From Adineta vaga (lineage: Eukaryota; Animalia; Rotifera), in NCBI GenBank assembly GCA_021613535.1, contig CP075494.1:310001-374000 (forward strand): 64,000 nt of DNA, given 5' to 3'. Under the pieces are notes generated by a model. The model ran no database searches. It was not told the DNA's origin and saw nothing but the letters and a program-made list of their open reading frames with translations. Of this stretch, positions 12,952 to 22,464 are shown piece after piece; the first letter of the stretch is position 1; every line of letters starts with the position of its first letter. A program made the translations under genes and the position numbers.

Positions 12952-14390
12952 AATATAGAAGAAATATGTTGAATGTTTGTCAGAGACGTACTGTTCGTTC
13001 TTTCTGTGCACAAATGGTGAAAGAATAAAAAAGAAAAACAACAAATAAGAACATTATTATTCATAATAATGAGAGAAAAAACCCATAATGGACATTTTTT
13101 TCCAGCAGTGCCACATATCTTGGACTTTGAAGACGCATTCTCATCTCTCACAGAGATGAGTTAGTCTGTAACGAGAGATACAACATTTAATGCGGGATTT
13201 GTTTGATATACATAGAAGATATAATGTTGGGAATTTATTTTTTATGTCTAAAGCGCGTGTAGAGATTGACTCACAGTCTTTCTCTTTCATAGCAGTTTAT
13301 ATACACATTACAGTCACATTTTGAAACAGAAATGCTTCATACTGAAGACTTTAGCACGAAAAATGTAAGTCAGGGTGAAGGTGAGAGCTCGAGTGTCGAT
13401 ATGGATGCGGGTGTCGGGGCTTATTAGAAGAGCTTGCCACACCAATACGCACGCTCACACTCTTTGGATTCGACGATCTTTATAAATCTTTAGCATTGGT
13501 TCTTGAAGCACTCTTAGATTATTTAGAAGATAATTATACTAGAACAAGAATACATGGACGTGTAACATTTAGGTATTTGATCGAGTTGTAGAATATGCAG
13601 CAACACTCTCGATGGTCGAACGCGAACCAATAACCGAACTGAAGCATCGCATCGACGATTAAATGTGAAATTGTTAATGTTAATGTTGACCAGTCCACGA
13701 CTCAAACCAAAAAATATCTAAATGACAGGCAAACGTTTAAAGAATTTATTGCTTTCATCATATCGACATTATTCAGACAAATCGAAAGACTAGCATTGAA
13801 TTCGTAATTAAACCAGTTATTTGTGCTTTGTTTTCTATGAGTATTTCGTTATTTAATAAATAAAGACGTAACTGAACCTTTCATATGCGACCAATTTTTC
13901 ATGTGACTAGTTATCGTAGCGCCCAATTATCACTTTTCTCCTCTTCTCCAATTACTCATCCTCTGGAGCTTAAAGCTGGTGCTGTTAAAGCTAACACATA
14001 AAAAATGTTTTTTGTTTTTCTTCCTTTTCTTTCCTATTCATACCAAAGAATATAGACAAAACAAACGATAAGTGAGCACGATATCTGCAGGGTGCTTTTT
14101 CAGTTGTCCGTAAGTGGCTATTAACCGTGTGATAAAAAAGCTTGATGACATAAATCGTTATATTTATTGATTCTTTCCCATTCAAATAAAAAGTCTCGGA
14201 AGCATTCAAATCAGTATCCCATACAGGGATTTTCCCACAAAATACGATTACAGCTCTTGCGGAATCATGATCGTCAGAACGAATGTATAAAAGGATAGAG
14301 TTTTCGTACTCTATTTCATATCGCTTGCTTCCTATACGAACACAAGAGAAGAGAAAAGAAATACAAGACCACCTATATCTTTAATTAAAT

Positions 14391-14723
14391 ATGGACGAAG
14401 AATCGTTAGCTGATGCTGTTCGACAAAGAGTACTTGCCATCCTTATGGAAGATCGGGTACCATATACTCGCGGAGATTTGATCATTAGACTTCAGGAAGA
14501 CCGACCACCAAATGAAGCATGGCCCATTGAGATCGGAAACATTAGCGAGAATGATCTCGACCGATATCTCCAACCTCTGCAGAATCATATCGTTCGGTAT
14601 CGGAATGGTGAGAGAACCCAACCTGGCAATCCGTACTGGTATACTCTCCGTCAACCAAACGATCCGGAAGACACCTTCAATCGACCTTATCGAAAAAATG
14701 CTGACGGTCAGTTCGACATTTGA
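14391..14723 (+). CDS. Small intronless protein, possible winged helix-turn-helix
   Basis: 110-aa ORF, more GC-rich than its flanks, with TATAAAA near 14286 and AATAAA at 14781. The pattern is three helices followed by a GNPYWYTL wing. Confidence 0.55.
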   Translation: MDEESLADAVRQRVLAILMEDRVPYTRGDLIIRLQEDRPPNEAWPIEIGNISENDLDRYLQPLQNHIVRYRNGERTQPGNPYWYTLRQPNDPEDTFNRPYRKNADGQFDI

Positions 14724-14869
14724 AACGAGGTCCAATTAGACTCTCTCGCGTAATTTCTCTTTTTACGTGTTCAATTCATTAATAAACAAGAACTTTCATC
14801 TTTATTTTTTGTTTATTTCTAAAATCCGAGAGTGATCTATCCATCTGCTGAGTATTGTTCAAGATCGTC

Positions 14870-14941
14870 CAGGGGTGGATCCAGGGGGAGTGCGGCGGAT
14901 ACGGCCGCATCCCCCTTCAAAAAATCCTGGATCCGCCACTG
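14870..14941. mobile_element. 72-bp hAT-type MITE with 8-bp target-site duplication
   Basis: TIRs CAGGGGTGGATCCAGG and CCTGGATCCGCCACTG match at 14 of 16 positions. A perfect direct repeat AGATCGTC flanks the element at 14862-14869 and 14942-14949. Confidence 0.9.
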
Positions 14942-15045
14942 AGATCGTCGAGCACTAAAACTTTCTAACCAAATAAGTTTCTAAAAGCCAACAATGCCTA
15001 CCAATTACAATCGATATAAGTTTCTTTCCTTTTTTTGTCCATGCT

Positions 15046-15104
15046 CCTTGAAGTTGTGAGTGACGAGGAATATTATGCTTACATCCACACCCACACTCTC
15101 AAGA
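15046..15104. repeat. Telomere-hexamer palindrome
   Basis: CCTTGAAGTTGTGAGTG...CATCCACACCCACACTCTCAAGA, between two convergent ORFs. Confidence 0.75.
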
Positions 15105-15286
15105 TACTAGATATGATCACACCTCTACAAGTGTACTGCAAAAAGAAGAAGACACTGAAACTGAATCTTAGTTTTAAATCATTTATTTGTGAAAAAAGGG
15201 CACAGTTCAGCATGAATAGATGGAATATTTGAATATAAAAGAAAGAGAAAAGAAAAAGTTTACAGTTGATTAAAAAAACTTCATTC

Positions 15287-16096
15287 TCAACCATTGACCG
15301 AGAAGAGTTCACAATTTGTTGAGGACATACTCAATTCTTTTTGTCCTCCTATAACAAGTACTGTTGGTGATGACGAAGAAGGAGTAGTTAAGAAATTTGA
15401 TGTGTGGAGAGCACGTGCAGTGTTCATGTCTGTTATAGAACGCCATGTGTTAAGTCGATAATCATAAACTTCAGCCGAACGATGTATCAAACCGGTATTA
15501 GTAAATCCACCAGTTAGAAGAACTAAACCTGATGGTAATAAAGCTGTACTAGGTTCAATTCGTGTCTGCGTAGTATTTGATGCAAATGTAAATGAATTTG
15601 TTGTTCTGATACTATTATCACCACCAGTAATTAAAATTGGTCCATTTGAAATTAATGTAGCTGTATGTGACGTTCTATAGTCTGGCATTGTATTCAAACT
15701 TCGAGTCCATTGTAATGTTGATACACTGGATATTTCTGCTGAGCCATCTGGAAAACCGTCTTCTATAACTACGATTATATTCATGGATGCTAAGTATGTT
15801 GCTGTAAAACAGACTCGTTTACTAAGCATTGAAGTGGTGGTTGTCCACTTATTCGAAACAAAATCATATAATTCACATGATTGTAAAGGCATAAATCCAC
15901 CGTCATATCCATATCCACCCATGACTAAGATCTTATTTATTGGTGCAGGTAAATACACTGCTGGATGTTCCAATCGACCGTAAGTCTTGTTACTAAGAGC
16001 TGTCCAAGTATTACTGACGCGATTATTAATCTCAGCAGTTTTGATAGCAGTATTATAATACCAACCACCCGTTACAAATAAACGACCATCTGGCAA
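15287..16096 (-). pseudogene. 5'-truncated kelch-repeat beta-propeller gene
   Basis: Repeated blades (LPDGRLFVTGG, KILVMGG, HTATLISNGPILITGG, LVLLTGG, VLVIGG). The frame starts mid-blade with no ATG and abuts a telomere-repeat palindrome. Confidence 0.7.
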
Positions 16097-16212
16097 GAGG
16101 GTGTAGGTGCGGGTGTGGGTGTGGTTGAGGGCGTTGGTAAGCGTGAAGTAAAGAGCATATACCTACACTCAGACCCGTTTTTCTTGTAAATGATTCATTG
16201 GAGTATATAAAG

Positions 16213-16464
16213 TCAATGAATATAGATCACGCGACAACTTAATAAAAAAGCTTTGTTTTGTCTCGCCGATCTCTGATCTTCTTCTGCCTCAAGATGATCA
16301 ATTTCTATTTCACAATGTTTACTCTTGTACATATCTTCGATTATCTCGTTTTTAATGTCACTATATATCTGCCAATTACCATCATTAGACTGGCAATACC
16401 ACTTAAATTCATGTTGGGACGGAATGGACACTACTGAACGATTTGATGCTAAAGCAGCTATCAT
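16213..16464 (-). pseudogene. WWE domain fragment
   Basis: FKWYCQSNDGNWQIYSDIKNEIIEDMYKSK fits the W...W..Y......IE..Y WWE pattern. The ORF decays afterwards. Confidence 0.55.
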
Positions 16465-17832
16465 TTTGAAAGAAACTAAAATAACTATACTTTTTTGAAT
16501 TTATAATAGACTAGTCACATATTGTTTTTTCATTCTTCTTATATATTTATATTACCACTTTGCATAGTGGAAAATGTTCGACAGAAAAGAAAAAATCTTC
16601 TTGTGCAGAAGCGTTATGAAGAAAGACTTTTTCTCTTTGCTGTTATATAGAGCAAGAGCGGTCGTTGACATTATGATGAGCAATACGTGAGTAGAGATAT
16701 TTTTCTTTGTTTATCACACTAGAAAAATGTTGTAAATATTTTCTCATTTTCATTTTCTCATCTTCATTATACAAAAAAGAAAAAGAAGCGTTAATTTTTA
16801 CGATGGTGGATTAAAATAGCATGTTCTTTCGATGTATGGCACCACAGTAGGATTCAAGTCACATGATGTAAAAAGTGAAAGCTTATTCTTTTGTTGCAAA
16901 ATAATATTCAGAAAGACATGAAAAAGTTACATATGTTCGATATTCACCAAATTCAATTCAAGTCTTGGTATTGAATTTGACAGGATTCGAATAGATTTAC
17001 TAGAAAGCGACCAGATCAATTCCAAATTTGCTGCTGTTGTCCTTCTTTGATCACAGATCGAATGATAACATCTGACATAATTTTTAGATGACTGATGAAT
17101 CCGATGTATCTAATAAGGCGGTCTGAGTACAGTTGACGTCAGAGCTGCGCGATTGTCTGCTAAACTTTTACCTTTACAGACTTTGTATGAATTTTTCTTA
17201 AAACTTTTGCTTATATTTCCTTTGCTTGTCCTTTCCTTGTCAGATAAGTATCTATTTATTTGTCCACATTTTGCAAATAAAAGAAACGAAAAAACAACAC
17301 ATTCTCTCTCTCTCTCTCTCTCTCTTTCTGTTTCATTCGATCAATATCTCGTGCTGAAGCGCATTTTTACAACTATTTTGACACCGTAGTATCTGAGATT
17401 TAGTCTCCACTTCTACGAGACAGAAAAGCGAAGAACATTTTCCTCTTTTTCTTCTCTCTCGCTTCATAAAAAAGGCAAAGTGGTAACCAGTTGAGGGTGT
17501 GGGTGAAAGTGTGATGATGGAAGATGAGAAATCGTCATCCAAAATTCATGCTTAAAAATCAGAATGAATCTTTTAAGATCTGGATACCCTACAGATTCAA
17601 TAGAAATCTCGGTGACAGAAATGCTTCGAATCTCGTCGGCAAAAATAGCAATTTCTACAAATTTTATGAATTTTCATTAAAGGAGTTTTAAATAGTAGTC
17701 TTCGGTGCCTATCACATCAGCTCGCTGGAAACTATTAAATCTAGATACTATGGATTCCGATGAGATTAAATCATTGAAATGGCGGACGTGTGTACCCTGA
17801 GCATCCCTTTTTGAGTTCTGCGATGATTTCTG

Positions 17833-17941
17833 TTTGCAACAATATGTCCATGCAGCATTTTGTCCACACGACGATTCGTCCATGCGACCATTTGTCCTTG
17901 CAACATTTTGTCTGCAACGATTTGTCGACGACATTCTGTCC
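17833..17941. repeat. Degenerate ~16-bp tandem repeat (GCAACATTTTGTCC-like)
   Basis: About seven diverged units, e.g. gcaacaatatgtcc, gcagcattttgtcc, gcgaccatttgtcc, gcaacattttgtct. They resemble transposon subterminal repeats. Confidence 0.65.
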
Positions 17942-18190
17942 TAGCGCCGGTTTTTCTAGAGTTACGGCTGAAACAATCGCTGGAATAGAATATTGGTACC
18001 TCCCATATGTCTAAAAAATAGTTGATTTAATCGGATATTGACTTTCATTTTTCGGCTCTCCACTGAGGAGGGGTACGGGATTCGATCTATAAGAATTTCC
18101 TGAACTTTTAAGTAAAACTTATGTAATTCAGTCAAGAAACGTCGTGCAGATCTCGGGAACGTTTCATTTTATAGAGAATCGTTTGCTCTG

Positions 18191-18292
18191 TCTTGAGGGT
18201 GTGGGTGTAGGTGTGGGTGTGGATAGGTGTAAAGGTGGATATGAGCGTGAGTGTATGTTTAAATGTTACTCTTCTACCAACATCCACACCCA
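18191..18292. repeat. Telomere-hexamer palindrome
   Basis: TCTTGAGGGTGTGGGTGTAGGTGTGGGTGTGGA...CATCCACACCCA. Confidence 0.8.
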
Positions 18293-18596
18293 TAAAATAG
18301 TTCCCTCATTTCAATTGGAGAATATGATAAAAAACAGAACAGCTCGTGTTCGTCATATATTTATTTGTTCTGTTCTGTTCTCATATGACATCTGTATGTA
18401 TTCTGTATCTCTCTTTTCCTCTTATTGGTTATGATAATCAGCGAGTCAATTTTTTTTCCTGTTCTGTCCATATTATTCATATACATGGTGTGATTAAACT
18501 GCACTTGTATCCTTATCTAACCTACTCTATACAAAACATGAATCTGTATATTACGACTCGTTCTACTGATGAAATATAAATTTGTGGTATGGATAT

Positions 18597-18692
18597 GAGT
18601 GTGCACGCAGTAGTGAGTGAAACTGACGGAGTGAGTGCACGCGTAGTTGTGAGTGAAACTGACGGAGTGAGTGCACGCGTAGTTGTGAGTGA
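18597..18692. repeat. 36-bp minisatellite, ~2.6 copies
   Basis: GTGAGTGAAACTGACGGAGTGAGTGCACGCGTAGTT occurs identically at 18613-18648 and 18649-18684, with partial copies on both sides. Confidence 0.9.
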
Positions 18693-19727
18693 GGATGTGT
18701 GTGAAGTTGTACGGGAGTATACACTGATAAAAATGAGCGCAGAGTAATAAACCTTTCAAAAGGATTTATTAAATTAATAAACTCTTTGGAAACTGATTTT
18801 TCATTCTGCATTTTCTACTAATGAGTGTATTACTAAACTAGTTTTCATAAGGTGTATGAAGTTAATAAACGATCTAAGGGTATATAACTGCTGATATACC
18901 CTAAAAAGTTTATCAGACTACACCGTATGAAATACCCATCTCGAGTAGATGAAAAGAAAGGGTATATCAAAAGGTTTTGTGATACTGATGAGCATAAAAA
19001 ACGGGTGTGGATGACGGTAAAGGCGAGGATGTTATGGGTGCGGGTGAAGTTGTAGATATGGATCCGACTCATGTCTACACATCCTCAGTCACCTCCACAC
19101 TCGATGAAAAAATTATATTCTTGTGGTAACTCTTCATTCACCCACACCTACACCCCACCCTCCAGAAAATCCTTCGAAAAATCAACTTGATCAGGGCTCG
19201 AAAGTGTCGGGTCGACGAAGAGAAAATTTTTCCGTAGAAACAGGAATGGTATATTCTGAGTCAGAGTGAGAAACTGAGTTTGTTTCGATCAGCAAAAATG
19301 CGCTTTTTTGCACCCATATCCAATAAAAACTATGTCCTAAACTTATAATTTATCGAAATTGCTTCATTTTTTACTCGTTCTGCATACTTGAGAGAAAAAA
19401 CGAAGAAACTAGCTGTTCTCTTTGGCTCTTTTTGCAAGAGTTGATTTTTCTCTTGCGTTCTCTTTTTTTCCACATATAGTGACAACTACCTGCAGCTAAC
19501 GATAACCAAGTCGCTTAACTCTATCAGCATTTTTCTAATCTTAAGTACACACCAGCAAAGCAAAGTATACATATCCTCTGTTTTTCAGAACATACTTCAA
19601 TTTTACGTGTGTATACTCTACTATGTTTTAGCGCTGCCATGTAGAACATTTGTGAACTCGTTCCGTTTTAGATTTGATTTTGACCACAAATCTCTGTACA
19701 CGGCTTCGCATTCAATCCATTCGCGAC

Positions 19728-20492
19728 ATGACAAGCACGTTAAAGTTTACAGGCAAAGTGGCCTTTGTGACCGGTGCAGCCAGCGGTATTGGCCGCGCTA
19801 CTGCGCTAGCGTTTGCTCGCGAAGGTGCGAGCGTAGTTGTGGCTGATATCTCGGAACAAAACAATCTACAAACAGCTCGCATGATCGAGGAATCCGGTGG
19901 CCGAGCACTTGCCGTTCGATGCGATGTATCACAGGCTGAGGATATACGCACGGCCCTGGACAAGGCCATCGAATCATTCGGACGCCTCGACTTGGCCTTC
20001 AATAACGCCGGCATCGAATATACGGCCAAACCGGCAGTCGATGTGACAGAGGAGGAGTGGAATCGGATTATCAACATTAATCTCAGCGGTGTGTTCCTAT
20101 GTATGAAGTACGAGATCCCACTGATGCTCAAGCAAGGTGGCGGTGCGATCGTAAATACCTCTTCAGGCGCTGGAGTGAGAGGCTTCAAGGGCGGGGCCGC
20201 CTATGTCGCAGCAAAGCACGGTGTCATTGGATTGACCAAGGCGGCTGCCCTCGATTATGCGCAATCGAACATTCGCATCAACGCGGTCTGCCCAGGAATA
20301 ATTGACACAGCGATGATGCACCGCTTCTCCGGAGGTACTGACGAAGGTCGTCAAGCAGTGGTTGCTCAGGAGCCGATTGGAAGGATGGGTAGACCTGAAG
20401 AAATCGCCGAGACTGTCATGTGGCTGTGCTCTGATGCAGCATCGTTCATTCTCGGACATTCCGTGGTTGTAGATGGTGGACAAACAGTGTGA
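19728..20492 (+). CDS. Classical short-chain dehydrogenase/reductase, bacterial-type (FabG/glucose-1-dehydrogenase-like)
   Basis: TGAASGIG, NNAG, YVAAK, IRINAVCPG and a VDGG terminus. Intronless and sharply more GC-rich than the flanks. Likely start is the ATG at 19728. Confidence 0.93.
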   Translation: MTSTLKFTGKVAFVTGAASGIGRATALAFAREGASVVVADISEQNNLQTARMIEESGGRALAVRCDVSQAEDIRTALDKAIESFGRLDLAFNNAGIEYTAKPAVDVTEEEWNRIININLSGVFLCMKYEIPLMLKQGGGAIVNTSSGAGVRGFKGGAAYVAAKHGVIGLTKAAALDYAQSNIRINAVCPGIIDTAMMHRFSGGTDEGRQAVVAQEPIGRMGRPEEIAETVMWLCSDAASFILGHSVVVDGGQTV

Positions 20493-21414
20493 TAGGTTCA
20501 AAATATGCACAAGCCGACAATCTGAAGCACATTTCTGCCAGAATCTGACAAAAAATATCTTTTTTTCTTTTGTTCTGTTCTTTTTTTGTATTCTGCTGGT
20601 GTATAAAGCCATGGACATACTAGAAGACCCCCCTATTTCTGTACGTATAGTAATTAATAGTTCTTTAATTATTCTACACAAGGTGCATATTTTAAACTTT
20701 TGATTTAAAAGTTTTTTTCTGTTCTTTCTATTGTTAAAATAGTCCATATTTGTAATGTATTTGTCTGATCTTCTGACGTTCACAGTAGTCTGTTCTTGAA
20801 TAATATCTAATGTAATTCGTGAACGTATATATGACGATTTCTGACCTCAGAGATGAGAATTAGTATATGTATACTTTTATTTCATCCAAAAAAATCGCAT
20901 CTATACTGTATTTCCCTCGTTCTTATATAGTCCTCGGGAGATACAGTGTCATGCTACAGGAAAATATCTAAATCTATATCACGTACGAGGGTGGAACTAT
21001 CATATGAATATCATATGAATGCCACATTATATGAAATATATGAAAGAAAGGGAAAGACAAGTGTATCAATATCCCTGTAGGGTATATAAAATAAGAGGCT
21101 AATATCTAAGTGTAAACAGGGAGGAGAAAAGTAGAAGATAGTTGATCAGTTTGTCAACACAAGAAGAAAAGCGAGGGAAAAAAGGAAGAGGGAGAGAGGA
21201 AGAAGCACACATCGAGGACAACTATCGTAGTATATAAAGAAAAAAAAAAGAAAGTATACAACCATTTAGATTGTCACAACATATATAAATGATGTAAAAC
21301 AGCAAAGCGTATTTCGATAATATTCTATTCGTTTCATTCTAATTCTTCGATTTTTCTTGGAATCATTTCTAACTTTTTAAAATTGAGTTCATTCTTATTT
21401 TATGGACAAAACAA

Positions 21415-21473
21415 TGAGGGTGTGGGTGAGGTGTGGGTGGATGTGAAAAAGACTCCTACACCCACACCCTCGA
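21415..21473. repeat. Telomere-hexamer palindrome
   Basis: TGAGGGTGTGGGTGAGGTGTGGG...CCTACACCCACACCCTCGA. Confidence 0.85.
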
Positions 21474-22464
21474 TAATAATGGAATCTATAAGTTTTATTT
21501 ATGACGAAAATAGACTCATAATCATTTAGTGTGCCTGAGAAGTAGAGCTTTGCTGCATATCAGTAAATTATTTGCTGATATTTCAGGATTAACCTATATA
21601 TCGAAGGCAAACATTCAAATGTGTAATATATTGGATTCGAAATGAAAGGGATTAGTTCTATGTTTTTGACTATCAAGAATTTATGTTAGATAAAAAATTG
21701 TCCTCGAAATTCTTAATATTGACATTAGGATAAAAATCTTTTGATGTTATTCTCAATTCAATCTAGTATAAATACATGTAGAAATAAAACTATATTATAC
21801 ATAGCTTTTTCTTTGAGAGTAAATTTTGAAGAGCCCTACCATGCAGTCTATCTTTACCGGCTTGCTTCTGGCCTGCTTTCTTAATCAGCTGCTTGCTGGA
21901 TTTAGTGGACAGACAACCTCATATAAGTGAGATTTTCCTAGTTCTCATTTAGATAATTGTAACAGTATTCTTTCTTTCAAAGGTCAAGGCGGACAGATGA
22001 ATATGACCTACTGCCATTTTATCAATGGATTAAGTGAATTCTGAACTGCAACAGCCACCAACATGAGTAGAAACATGTTCTTACTTTTTATCATTATCAT
22101 CGCTTGTAAATTAAAAAAATAAAAACTACAATTAATCTCTCAATTATCAATAAACATTTCTTTTAAAATTTTGATAAAATCTTTTGTAAACTACGAAATA
22201 TATGTTATTCTTTCTTTGAATATTACTAATTATGAAATTGAAAATAGCCGAAAACATTTCTTCTTTAAGAAAGATTGATATAAAACGACAATTTAGATTC
22301 ATATCAATAATGTATTCTTATTAACTCTCAAACGAGTTTCGAAATGAATTATTTCTTATTTTGAAATCTTTATTTTTTATGTAAATATCTTTTTATAAAT
22401 CATTGACGTGAACCAACAACAAGAAATGAATCATAAAAGAACAGATCATATCTATTTCTTTGTT

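Noticed and set aside
17303-17326. (CT)n microsatellite
   Set aside because: Ordinary simple repeat.
18597-18692. 36-bp repeats as a CRISPR array
   Set aside because: The units are head-to-tail with no spacers, there are no cas genes and the context is eukaryotic.
19712-20783. Antisense ORFs over the SDR (158 and 206 aa) and the antisense ORF at 14406-14735
   Set aside because: Shadow frames expected in GC-rich coding DNA; no recognisable motifs.
20907-21290. Possible solo LTR (TG...CA ends, TATA-like, purine-rich)
   Set aside because: No matching TSD, second LTR or primer-binding site could be identified.
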